Assembly (NCBI GenBank): GCA_963784705.1
Contig: CAWASC010000008.1
Coordinates: forward strand, 389,891-453,890
Reading direction: 5' to 3'
DNA from: an uncultured Actinomycetota bacterium
GTDB lineage: Bacteria > Actinomycetota > Actinomycetes > Mycobacteriales > SCTD01
Length of the DNA: 64,000 nucleotides
The position numbers were made by a program, and so were the translations under genes. The notes under the pieces are model-generated. The model did no database searches. It saw nothing but the letters and a program-made list of their open reading frames with translations, and was not told the origin of the DNA. Every line of letters begins with the position of its first letter. Position 1 is the first letter of the stretch. Of the stretch, positions 1 to 8,739 are shown piece after piece.

Positions 1-630
1 AGAGAGCACGATCGCCTTCTCGCGGTCGGCGGCGGGGTAGTCCAGGTGCAGGTAGAGGCAGCGCCGCTTGAGCGCCTCCGACAGCTCGCGGGTCGCGTTG
101 GAGGTCAGGAACACCAGCGGTCGGCGCGTCGCGACGATCGTGCCGAGCTCCGGGATCGTGACCTGGAAGTCGGACAGCACCTCGAGCAGCAGGCCTTCGA
201 CCTCGACGTCCGCCTTGTCGGTCTCGTCGATCAGCAGGACGGTGGGGTTGGGGTTGCGGATCGCGGTGAGGAGCGGCCGGCTCATGAGGAACTCCTCGGC
301 GAACACGTCGTCGTGGATCTCGTCCCATGCCGTGTCATCGCTCGCCGCCTGGATGCGCAGCAGCTGCTTCTTGTAGTTCCACTCGTAGAGCGCGCGCGCC
401 TCGTCGAGGCCCTCGTAGCACTGCAGCCGGATCAGCTCGCTGCCCGTCGCCGTCGCCACCGACTTGGCGAGCTCGGTCTTGCCGACCCCCGCCGGACCCT
501 CGATCAGCAGGGGCTTGCCGAGCCGGTCGGCGAGGAAGACGGTCGTGGCGATCGCGTGATCGGTGAGGTAGCCCGCGGCGCCGAGGCGTTGCTGGACGTC
601 GTCGACCGACGCGAACTGGGGTTGCAGCAC
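1..630 (-). CDS. MoxR/CoxD-family AAA+ ATPase (3' end runs off the window)
   Basis: Manual translation from GTG at 630 (AGGAG RBS upstream): Walker A GPAGVGKTELAK, Walker B LLIDETDKAD, LTSNATRELSEALKRRC. Confidence 0.85.
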   Translation of the reverse strand, partial: MLQPQFASVDDVQQRLGAAGYLTDHAIATTVFLADRLGKPLLIEGPAGVGKTELAKSVATATGSELIRLQCYEGLDEARALYEWNYKKQLLRIQAASDDTAWDEIHDDVFAEEFLMSRPLLTAIRNPNPTVLLIDETDKADVEVEGLLLEVLSDFQVTIPELGTIVATRRPLVFLTSNATRELSEALKRRCLYLHLDYPAADREKAIVLS

Positions 631-702
631 GGGCTCTCCTCAGGGTGGACCGAATCCCATTCTGTCGTACCGTGCGCGGAGGAAGACGACAGGGGGGACC
701 TC

Positions 703-1101
703 TTGCTCCGGGACTTCAAGGCCTTCGTGACCAAGCAGAGCCTGGTCGACCTCGCCGTCGGGCTGGTCATCGCCCTCGCGGCGTTCGGTCTGATCCGCTC
801 GCTGGTGACCAACATCGTGCTGCCGGTCATCGCGATCCCCGGCTCTGCCGACTTCGGCGGCCTGTCGGTCGAGGTGAACGGCTCGACCATCGCCTACGGC
901 GCGTTCCTGCAGGACCTCATCACCTTCCTGTCCACGGCAGCGGGCGTCTTCTTCGGCGTCGTCCGTCCGCTCTCTCGCCTGCACCGCACCGCACCGGTGC
1001 CGACCGCGCAGTGCCCCCGGTGCCTGTCGACGGTCCCGGCGGAGGCCTCGCGCTGCCCGTTCTGCACGTCCGACCTCGTCGCTGTGCGCGTCGAGGTCTG
1101 A
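703..1101 (+). CDS. mscL: Large-conductance mechanosensitive channel with C-terminal Cys4 zinc-ribbon-like tail
   Basis: TTG start after AGGGGG; LRDFKAFV...VDLAVGLVI...YGAFL; tail CPRC...CPFC. Confidence 0.85.
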   Translation: MLRDFKAFVTKQSLVDLAVGLVIALAAFGLIRSLVTNIVLPVIAIPGSADFGGLSVEVNGSTIAYGAFLQDLITFLSTAAGVFFGVVRPLSRLHRTAPVPTAQCPRCLSTVPAEASRCPFCTSDLVAVRVEV

Positions 1102-1104
1102 CCC

Positions 1105-2229
1105 GTGCACGAGCCGTCCTGGACCGGTCGGCCGCGCCTTGCCGCGGGCGTCCGCGCACTCGTGCTCGCCGTACCGCTGCTCGCCGCGGGTGGGGCGGCG
1201 TGGCTGACCGCCGTGCTCGTGCCAGGGCCGTACGCCGAGCGGCTGGTCGCGGTGGTCGCTGCCGGCCTGCTCGTCGGAGCCGCGCTGGAGCGGCTGTCGC
1301 GGCGCCTGCTGCCGCTGCCGGCCCTGCTCGGGCTGTCCCTGGTGTTCCCTGACGAGGCCCCGAACCGGTTGCGCGTCGCGCTACGGGCGGGGTCGACACG
1401 CGACCTGATGACCGCCGCCCGACGCCCGCGAGGAACGGGGGCCCAGGAGGCGGCTCTCCACACCGTGGAGCTCCTGGGGGCGCTGGCCCGCCACGACGCG
1501 GGGACGCGACGTCACAGCGAGCGCGTGCGCGCCTACACCGATCTGCTCGCCGCGGCGCTCGGAATCCCTGAGCCCGACCGCGCCCGGCTGCGCTGGGCAG
1601 CACTGCTGCACGACCTCGGGAAGGTCACGGTCACCGCGGAGGTGCTCGGCAAGAGCTCCCCGCTGGAGGACGGCGAGTGGGAGTCGCTGCGGCTGCACCC
1701 CTCCGCCGGAGCCGACCTCGCCGGTGGTCTCGCCGGGTTCCTCGGTCCCTGGTTCGACACCATCGAGCAGCACCACGAGCGGTGGGACGGCACGGGGTAC
1801 CCGCGCGGGCTGGTCGGGGAGCAGATCTGCCTGGGCGCACGGATCGTCGCGGTCGCGGACTCGTTCGAGGTCATGACCAGCGGACGCAGCTACCAGCAGG
1901 CCAAGGATCCGGCGACCGCCCGGGCCGAGCTCGTGAGGTACGGCGGACGGCAGTTCGACCCGACCGTGGTGCGTGGCCTGCTGGAGGTGTCGCTCGGCGA
2001 TCTCGGCCGGTGGCGCCGACCCCTCGGACTCGCGGTGACGGTGCCCTTCGCCGGCGTGCCGAGCAGCGCCCACGACCCGGTCGGCCTGGCGGGGGCCTCC
2101 GCCCTGCACCCGGTCACGCACACCCACGCCGCCGTGATCCCGTCGGGTCACGACGCCGGTGGCTCCCTTCACCCCACCGGCCACGCCCACGACGGTGGCG
2201 CCGGTGCGGGCGTGGTCGACCAGCGCTGA
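1105..2229 (+). CDS. Membrane-anchored HD-GYP domain protein (cyclic dinucleotide phosphodiesterase)
   Basis: N-terminal hydrophobic helices; HSERV, LLHDLGK, HHERWDGTGYP, VADSFEVMTS, QFDP motifs. Confidence 0.85.
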   Translation: MHEPSWTGRPRLAAGVRALVLAVPLLAAGGAAWLTAVLVPGPYAERLVAVVAAGLLVGAALERLSRRLLPLPALLGLSLVFPDEAPNRLRVALRAGSTRDLMTAARRPRGTGAQEAALHTVELLGALARHDAGTRRHSERVRAYTDLLAAALGIPEPDRARLRWAALLHDLGKVTVTAEVLGKSSPLEDGEWESLRLHPSAGADLAGGLAGFLGPWFDTIEQHHERWDGTGYPRGLVGEQICLGARIVAVADSFEVMTSGRSYQQAKDPATARAELVRYGGRQFDPTVVRGLLEVSLGDLGRWRRPLGLAVTVPFAGVPSSAHDPVGLAGASALHPVTHTHAAVIPSGHDAGGSLHPTGHAHDGGAGAGVVDQR

Positions 2230-2243
2230 GGGCCCCTTCGTTC

Positions 2244-2265
2244 TGTCGGCGATGAGGTCTAGCGT
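2244..2265 (+). promoter_or_regulatory. PafBC/RecA-NDp-like promoter motif
   Basis: TGTCGG-N10-TAGCGT matches TGTCGG-N10-TA-N3-T, upstream of the VOC gene. Confidence 0.45.
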
Positions 2266-2343
2266 CCACAGGCGTCTCCCCTTCACCACCCCCACACCAC
2301 CCCCCACGCCCACCCACCCCCACGCCCACCCGTAGGAGCCACG

Positions 2344-3099
2344 ATGCCCGTCAAGACCAGCTACGCGCCCGGTGAGCCCACCTGGCTCGACCTCGGCAGT
2401 CCGGACCTCGACCGGTCCGTCGCGTTCTACACCTCGCTGTTCGGCTGGACCTGGGGAGGCGGCAACCCCGACTTCGGCGGCTACGGGATGTTCTTCTCCG
2501 GCGACAAGAACATCTGCGGAGCCGCGCCTGTCATGTCGCCGGAGCAGCCGCCGGTCTGGACCTGCTACGTCTCGACCGACGACGCCGACAAGACCGTGGC
2601 GCGAGCCACCGAGGCAGGCGCGACCGTCGTCGCGCCGGTCATGGACATCGCCGACCTCGGCCGCATGGCGGTCTTCATCGACCCCGCCGGGGCTGCGCTC
2701 GGGATCTGGCAGCCGCGCGCGATGACGGGCGCGGACCTGGTCTTCGAGGAGGGCACGTTGAGCTGGATCGAGAACGCCACCCGCGACCAGCAGGCTGCCC
2801 TGCCGTTCTACGCCAGTGTGTTCGGCTGGGGTGCGAACGTGCAGGACACCTACACCGAGTTCCAGCTCGGCGGGACGTCAGTGGCCGGCTGCATGGACAT
2901 GCCGGAGACCGTGCCGCCCGGCGTCCCGTCGTACTGGATGCCCTACTTCGGCGCCGCGGACCCGAAGGCGAAGGCAGAGCAGGCGGCCGCGCTGGGCGGG
3001 ACCATCCTGGTGCCGTACCAGGAGATCCCGGACGGCTGCTTCTCCGTCGTCCAGGACCCCCACGGCTCCAGCTTCGGTCTGCTCCACATGAACGGCTGA
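2344..3099 (+). CDS. Two-domain VOC/glyoxalase-bleomycin-resistance family protein (Cfp32-like)
   Basis: GEPTWLDL...FYTSLFGW...DPAGAALGIWQ; repeated domain ending DPHGSSFGL; AGGAG RBS. Confidence 0.85.
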   Translation: MPVKTSYAPGEPTWLDLGSPDLDRSVAFYTSLFGWTWGGGNPDFGGYGMFFSGDKNICGAAPVMSPEQPPVWTCYVSTDDADKTVARATEAGATVVAPVMDIADLGRMAVFIDPAGAALGIWQPRAMTGADLVFEEGTLSWIENATRDQQAALPFYASVFGWGANVQDTYTEFQLGGTSVAGCMDMPETVPPGVPSYWMPYFGAADPKAKAEQAAALGGTILVPYQEIPDGCFSVVQDPHGSSFGLLHMNG

Positions 3100-3135
3100 G
3101 CCGTTCGGCGTGGAGGTCCGGTTAGGGTCGGCGGC

Positions 3136-4002
3136 ATGAGAGTCGCCTTCCTCGGGCTCGGGCGCATGGGCGTGCCGATGGCCGCGCACGTCGCCCGCGC
3201 CGGCCACGACCTGACCGTCTGGAACCGCACGCCGGGCAAGGCCGGCCCGCTGCTCGAGCTCGGAGCCACCGAGTCGCGCCGCGTGAGCGACGCGGTCTCG
3301 GGCGCCGACGTCGTCGTGTTCATGCTGTTCGGGCCCGATGCGGTGCGTGCCGTGCTCGCGGACGTGGTCGCAGGCGCGGCGGGGGCGCTGGTCCTCGACG
3401 CCTCGACCATCGGTCCCGATGCTGCCCACGAGTTCGCCAGGACCTGCCACGCAGGCGGACTGAGGTACGTCGATGCCCCCGTCGCCGGATCGGTGAAACC
3501 CGCGACGGACGGGACGCTGGGGGTGTTCCTGGGCGGCGCCGACGACGACGTCGAGCAGGCGCGTGCGCTCGCCGAGCTCTGGGGTGATCCGGAGCGGGTC
3601 GTCCACGTCGGCGCGGTCGGCAGTGCCAGCGCGCTCAAGCTCTGCGTGAACCAGGGGCTCGGGGTCATGGCGGCCGGCCTCGGGGAGTCGCTGCGACTGG
3701 GCCACGACCTCGGGCTCGAGCGCGACCTGCTGCTGCGGGTCCTCTCGCAGACCGCGTACGGCTGGTACCTCGGGCAGAAGCAGCCCATGGTGGAGTCCGG
3801 CGACTTCACCGCGACGACGTTCTCGCTCGACCTGATGGCCAAGGACCTGGACCTGGCGGTGACCAGCGCCGACAGCGACCTCGAGGTCACCCGCGCCTGC
3901 CTCGACCAGGCCAAGCGGGCGCTGGCTGCCGGCCACAGCGGCGAGGACTACGCCGCGCTCACCGGCCACCTCGCCGACGAGGGATCCGCCAGCAGCGCCT
4001 AG
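3136..4002 (+). CDS. NAD(P)-dependent beta-hydroxyacid dehydrogenase family oxidoreductase
   Basis: FLGLGRMG Rossmann motif, WNRT, DAPVAGS, catalytic LKLCVN, MAKDL. Confidence 0.85.
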   Translation: MRVAFLGLGRMGVPMAAHVARAGHDLTVWNRTPGKAGPLLELGATESRRVSDAVSGADVVVFMLFGPDAVRAVLADVVAGAAGALVLDASTIGPDAAHEFARTCHAGGLRYVDAPVAGSVKPATDGTLGVFLGGADDDVEQARALAELWGDPERVVHVGAVGSASALKLCVNQGLGVMAAGLGESLRLGHDLGLERDLLLRVLSQTAYGWYLGQKQPMVESGDFTATTFSLDLMAKDLDLAVTSADSDLEVTRACLDQAKRALAAGHSGEDYAALTGHLADEGSASSA

Positions 4003-5240
4003 CCGCGGACGTGACCGTCGCCGGTGACGACGTACGTCGTGCTGGTCAGCTCGGACAGGCCCATCGGGCCGCGGGCGTGCAGCTTCTGCGTCGAGATGCC
4101 GATCTCCGCGCCGAAGCCGAACTCCCCACCGTCGGTGAACCGCGTCGACGCGTTGATCATGACTGCGGCGCTGTCGAGGGACCGCACGAACCGGCGCGCC
4201 TCGTCGATGTCACGGGTCACGATGGCCTCGGTGTGCCCGCTCCCCCACCGGCGGATGTGCGCGACCGCCTCGTCGAGGGAGTCCACGACGCCCACCGCGA
4301 GGTCGAGGGAGAGGTACTCCGCCGCCCAGTCCGCGTCCGTCACCGGGACAGCGCTCTCGTCGTACGCCGCGGCCCGGGGGTCTGCGTGCAGCGTGACGCC
4401 CTTGTCGCGCAGCGCCTTCACCGCGAGGGGCAGGAACGCCGCCGCCGCGTCGGCGTGCACGAGCAGGGTCTCCGTCGCGTTGCAGACACTGGGCCGGGTG
4501 GTCTTGCCGTCGATGACGATCGCGACGGCCTTCTCCAGGTCGGCGCTGGCGTCGACGTAGACCGTGCAGTTGCCGACACCCGTCTCGATCACGGGAACGA
4601 TGCTGTTCTCCACGACGCTCGCGATGAGCGACGCGCCACCGCGCGGGATGAGCACGTCGACCAGCCCACGGGCGCGCATCAGCTCCTCGACGCTGGACCG
4701 GTCAGTGCCCGGCACGAGCTGGATGGTGTGGTCCGGCAGCATCGTCGCGGCAGCGCTGAGCACGTCGACGATGACGGTGTTGGAGCGATAGGCGCTGGCT
4801 GACCCACGCAGGAGCACGGCGTTGCCGCTCTTCACGCACAGGCCGGCCGCGTCGGCGGTGACGTTCGGGCGCGCCTCGTAGACGATGCCGACGACGCCGA
4901 GCGGGACGCGCACCTGCCGGAGCTCCAGGCCGTTCGGCAGGTCGTTGCCGCGGACGACGTCCCCGACCGGGTCCGGCAGGCCGGCGACGTGCCGCAGCCC
5001 GTCGGCCATCGCCGCGACGCGGGACGGCGTGAGGGCGAGCCGGTCCAGCATCGCCTCGCTGGTGCCCTGCTCGCGGCTGGCGGCGACGTCGAGGGCGTTG
5101 GCCTCCAGGATGCGGCCGGTGTGGGCGATGAGCGCCTCGGCCATGGCGTGCAGGGCGGCGTCCTTGGTCTTGCGGGGCAGGGGCGCCAGTGCCGCAGCAG
5201 CCGTCTTCGCGCGCCGCGCAGCATCGAGGACCTCAGTCAT
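3999..5240 (-). CDS. proA: Gamma-glutamyl phosphate reductase
   Basis: [46 protein letters not shown]. Confidence 0.97.
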   Translation of the reverse strand: MTEVLDAARRAKTAAAALAPLPRKTKDAALHAMAEALIAHTGRILEANALDVAASREQGTSEAMLDRLALTPSRVAAMADGLRHVAGLPDPVGDVVRGNDLPNGLELRQVRVPLGVVGIVYEARPNVTADAAGLCVKSGNAVLLRGSASAYRSNTVIVDVLSAAATMLPDHTIQLVPGTDRSSVEELMRARGLVDVLIPRGGASLIASVVENSIVPVIETGVGNCTVYVDASADLEKAVAIVIDGKTTRPSVCNATETLLVHADAAAAFLPLAVKALRDKGVTLHADPRAAAYDESAVPVTDADWAAEYLSLDLAVGVVDSLDEAVAHIRRWGSGHTEAIVTRDIDEARRFVRSLDSAAVMINASTRFTDGGEFGFGAEIGISTQKLHARGPMGLSELTSTTYVVTGDGHVRG

Positions 5241-5268
5241 GCCCTGAAGCGTACGACTCGCCAACCCG

Positions 5269-5328
5269 GTGAACGGATACGCGCGGGTGGGTTGAACACC
5301 GCATCACCACCCGCGCGTATCCGTTCAC
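5269..5328. repeat. REP-like palindrome, family A copy 1
   Basis: Perfect 22-bp inverted repeat GTGAACGGATACGCGCGGGTGG / CCACCCGCGCGTATCCGTTCAC with 16-nt loop; related copy at 22769-22828. Confidence 0.85.
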
Positions 5329-5345
5329 GCGGGGGGTGGGCGCTG

Positions 5346-6428
5346 CTAGTGCAGCACGACGAGGTCGTCGCGGTGGACGACCTCACGGCGGCCGGTGTCG
5401 CGCGTCGACCGGCCCAGCAGGACCGGCAGCTCAGCCGCGTCGTACCCGACCAGCCCGCGCGCCACGAGCGCTCCGGTCGGCCCGACGAGCTCGACCGGGT
5501 CGCCGGCGACGAACTCTCCGGTCATCGACGTGATGCCGGCGGGCAGCAGCGACAGCCGGCGCTCGCACACCGCCGCGACCGCCCCGGCGTCCAGCACCAG
5601 TCGTCCGCGCGGGGTCGAGGCGTGGGCCAGCCACAGCAGCCGCGCCGACATGCGGGCGCCGGTCGGCACGAAGAACGTGCCGGTCTCCCCCGCGAGCAGG
5701 TCCAGGACGTTCGCGGCCGAGCCCAGCAGCACCGGCACCCCGGCGGACGTGGCGACACGGGCGGCGTCGACCTTCGAGGCCATGCCACCGGTGCCGATCG
5801 ACGAGCCGGTCCCCCCGATGCGCACTCCCTCGAGGTCAGCCGCCGACGCCACCGTCGACAGCAGCCGGGTGCCGCTGCGACGCGGGTCCCCGTCGTACAG
5901 GCCGTCGACGTCCGACAGGAGCACGAGCGCGTCGGCGCGGACCAGGTGGGCGACGAGGGCGGCCAGCCGGTCGTTGTCGCCGAACCGGATCTCGTCGGTC
6001 GCGACGGCGTCGTTCTCGTTGACGACCGGGACGACCCCGAGGTCGAGCAGCCGCTCCAGTGTGGTCCGCGCGTTGCGGTAGTGCGCCCGGCGTACGACGT
6101 CGTCGGCGGTCAGGAGCACCTGGCCGACCGTCCGGCCGTGCCGGGCGAACGACAGCGAGTAGGCGTGGACCAGCTCGGCCTGCCCGACCGACGCCGCGGC
6201 CTGCTGCGTCGCGAGGTCGCGGGGCCGCTTGGCCAAGCCCAGGGGCGCCAGCCCCGCCGCGATCGCACCGGAGGAGACGAGCACCAGCCCTGGCCGGTCG
6301 GCCAACGAGGACACGAGGGCGTCCAGCCGGGCGAGGTCGAGCCCTCCAGCAGAGGTGGTCAGCGAGGAGGAGCCGACCTTGACGACGATGCGCCGGGCCT
6401 GCGCCACCGTCGCACGGTCAGCAGTCAC
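5346..6428 (-). CDS. proB: Glutamate 5-kinase
   Basis: IVVKVGSSSLT, VSSGAIAAG, NENDAV...FGDND, GTGGMASK, C-terminal PUA domain. Confidence 0.96.
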   Translation of the reverse strand: MTADRATVAQARRIVVKVGSSSLTTSAGGLDLARLDALVSSLADRPGLVLVSSGAIAAGLAPLGLAKRPRDLATQQAAASVGQAELVHAYSLSFARHGRTVGQVLLTADDVVRRAHYRNARTTLERLLDLGVVPVVNENDAVATDEIRFGDNDRLAALVAHLVRADALVLLSDVDGLYDGDPRRSGTRLLSTVASAADLEGVRIGGTGSSIGTGGMASKVDAARVATSAGVPVLLGSAANVLDLLAGETGTFFVPTGARMSARLLWLAHASTPRGRLVLDAGAVAAVCERRLSLLPAGITSMTGEFVAGDPVELVGPTGALVARGLVGYDAAELPVLLGRSTRDTGRREVVHRDDLVVLH

Positions 6429-6438
6429 GGGCGCGAGC

Positions 6439-7875
6439 CTAGGACTCCTCGTCCTCCGGGGCCTCGAGGTGGATGCCGAGCCGCTCCGCGCGGCGGATGT
6501 CCTTCTCCATGCGGCGCTGACCGGCACGGGGGCGCGACTGGTCCTCGAACCGGGAGTCGACGCCGCGCATGCCGGACGCGAACTCCTCCATGAGCGTGGG
6601 CTGCCAGTCGAAGACGACCTCGCCGATCTGGACCGCGACCCCGGGCGTGGCACCCATCTCGGCGAGCGCCTTCTCCACGCCGAGGCGCGCGAGGCGGTCC
6701 GCGAGGTAGCCGACGGCCTCCTCGTTGGTGAAGTCGGTCTGCAGGATCCAGCGCTCGGGCTTGGCACCGCGTACGACGTAGACGTCGTCCTCGAGGTCGA
6801 CGGTGAAGCCCAGGTCGTCCACCGCGGTGGGACGCAGGACGATGCGGGTGGCCTCCTCGACCGGCTGCGCGGCGCGGTAGGCCTTGATGACGTCGGCGAG
6901 GGCGTAGGTGAGCTCCTGCAGCCCGAGTCGGGACACCGCTGAGACGGTCAGGACCCGGTAGCCGCGGGCCTCCAGGTCGGGGGTGACGATGTCGGCGAGG
7001 TCGTGACCCTCGGGCAGATCAGCCTTGTTGAGCACCACCAGGCGCGGGCGGTCGGACAGCGACGTCTTGTACTGCTCGAGCTCGGCCTCGATGAGGTCCA
7101 GGTCGCTGAGCGGGTCGCGACCCGGGTCGAGCGTCCCGCAGTCGAGAACGTGCACGAGCACGCTGCAGCGCTCGACGTGGCGCAGGAACTCCAGCCCCAG
7201 GCCCTTGCCCTGGGACGCCCCCGGGATGAGTCCCGGGACGTCCGCGATCGTGAACGTCGTCCCCGCAGCCTGCACGACGCCGAGGTTCGGCACGAGGGTG
7301 GTGAACGGGTAGTCGGCGATCTTCGGCCGAGCGGCCGACAGCGCGGCGATGAGGCTGGACTTGCCCGCGCTCGGGAAGCCGACGAGCGCTGCGTCGGCCA
7401 CGCTCTTGAGCTCGAGCACGACGTCGCAGGCCTCACCTGGCTCGCCGAGCAGGGCAAAGCCAGGTGCCTTGCGCCGGATCGAGGCGAGCGCGGCGTTACC
7501 CAGACCGCCCCGACCACCGCGGGCGACGATGTAGCGGGTGCCCTCGCCGACGAGGTCGGCCAGCACCTCCCCGTCCTTGCCGAGGACGACGGTGCCGTTG
7601 GGCACGGGCAGCTCGAGGGTCTGGCCCTGCGCGCCCTGGCGCATGTCCCCGCCGCCGGCCTTGCCGGACGTGGCCTTCTGGTGCGGGTGGAAGTGGTAGT
7701 CGAGCAGGGTCGTGACGTTGTGGTCCACGACGAGGATGACGTCGCCACCGTGCCCGCCGTCGGCACCGTCGGGGCCGCCGAGCGGCTTGAACTTCTCCCG
7801 GCGCACCGAGGCGCAGCCGTGTCCGCCGTCGCCGGCAGCGACGTGCAGCACGACGCGGTCGACGAAGGTGGTCAC
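6439..7875 (-). CDS. obgE: GTPase ObgE/CgtA
   Basis: FVDRV...GGPDGADGG; [22 protein letters not shown]. Confidence 0.97.
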   Translation of the reverse strand: MTTFVDRVVLHVAAGDGGHGCASVRREKFKPLGGPDGADGGHGGDVILVVDHNVTTLLDYHFHPHQKATSGKAGGGDMRQGAQGQTLELPVPNGTVVLGKDGEVLADLVGEGTRYIVARGGRGGLGNAALASIRRKAPGFALLGEPGEACDVVLELKSVADAALVGFPSAGKSSLIAALSAARPKIADYPFTTLVPNLGVVQAAGTTFTIADVPGLIPGASQGKGLGLEFLRHVERCSVLVHVLDCGTLDPGRDPLSDLDLIEAELEQYKTSLSDRPRLVVLNKADLPEGHDLADIVTPDLEARGYRVLTVSAVSRLGLQELTYALADVIKAYRAAQPVEEATRIVLRPTAVDDLGFTVDLEDDVYVVRGAKPERWILQTDFTNEEAVGYLADRLARLGVEKALAEMGATPGVAVQIGEVVFDWQPTLMEEFASGMRGVDSRFEDQSRPRAGQRRMEKDIRRAERLGIHLEAPEDEES

Positions 7876-7892
7876 AGCGAGGTCCTCTCAAC

Positions 7893-7927
7893 GAGAAGGG
7901 CGGACCGGAATCCCGGCCCGCCCTCTC
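7893..7927 (-). terminator. Stem-loop between rpmA and obgE
   Basis: Minus strand GAGAGGGCGGGCCGG-GATT-CCGGTCCGCCCTTCTC. Confidence 0.55.
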
Positions 7928-7942
7928 GGATGTTGATGTGGT

Positions 7943-8197
7943 CTAGCCGACCGGGACGACGCTGACGACCTTGCGGTCGCGCTTGCGGCCGAACTCGACG
8001 GCGCCGGCCTCGAGGGCGAACAGCGTGTCGTCACCACCGCGGCCGACGTTGTCGCCCGGGTGGAAGTGGGTGCCACGCTGACGGACGAGGATCTCGCCAG
8101 CCTTGACGACCTGACCGCCGAAGCGCTTCACGCCGAGGTACTGCGCGTTGCTGTCACGACCGTTGCGGGAGCTGGATGCCCCCTTCTTGTGAGCCAT
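7943..8197 (-). CDS. rpmA: 50S ribosomal protein L27
   Basis: [28 protein letters not shown]. Confidence 0.99.
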   Translation of the reverse strand: MAHKKGASSSRNGRDSNAQYLGVKRFGGQVVKAGEILVRQRGTHFHPGDNVGRGGDDTLFALEAGAVEFGRKRDRKVVSVVPVG

Positions 8198-8201
8198 CTC
8201 G

Positions 8202-8516
8202 TCAGCCCTTCACAGTGATGTCGGTGACGCGGACCTGGGTCAGCTGCTGACGGTGACCCATGCGCTTCTTGTAGCCGGTCTTGTTCTTGTACTTCATGAT
8301 GCTGATCTTCGGGCCCTTGGTCTGGGCCAGCACCTCGGCGGACACCGTGACGCCGGCGAGCGCCTTGGCGTCACTGGTGACGTCGGTGCCGTCGACGACG
8401 AGGAGCGCGGGAAGCGTGACGCTGGCGCCTGCGGCACCGGCGAGCTTCTCGATCTCGACGGTGTCGCCGACGGCGACCTTGTACTGCTTGCCGCCGGTCT
8501 TGACGATGGCGTACAC
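8202..8516 (-). CDS. rplU: 50S ribosomal protein L21
   Basis: [14 protein letters not shown]...[16 protein letters not shown]. Confidence 0.99.
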   Translation of the reverse strand: MYAIVKTGGKQYKVAVGDTVEIEKLAGAAGASVTLPALLVVDGTDVTSDAKALAGVTVSAEVLAQTKGPKISIMKYKNKTGYKKRMGHRQQLTQVRVTDITVKG

Positions 8517-8698
8517 GGGTGAGCTCCTCGTTCGGGGGTGTCTCGTTCTGCGGTGTCTCGCTGGACAGTGCGGGGACCTGACCAGCCGGCACGGGTGCGG
8601 GCGGCGCAGGACGGTCTCGCGCGCACGCGGGACCTTCTCAGACTACCGGACGCCCGGCTCGGCCCTCAACCGCTCGGCAGGCTGGGCCCCGGTCTTCT

Positions 8699-8730
8699 CG
8701 TTTCCCCAGCACGCAGGTGCTGGGGAAACG
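8699..8730 (-). terminator. Hairpin directly after rne stop codon
   Basis: Perfect 14-bp stem CGTTTCCCCAGCAC / GTGCTGGGGAAACG, 4-nt loop. Confidence 0.65.
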
Positions 8731-8739
8731 GGAGGAGGG

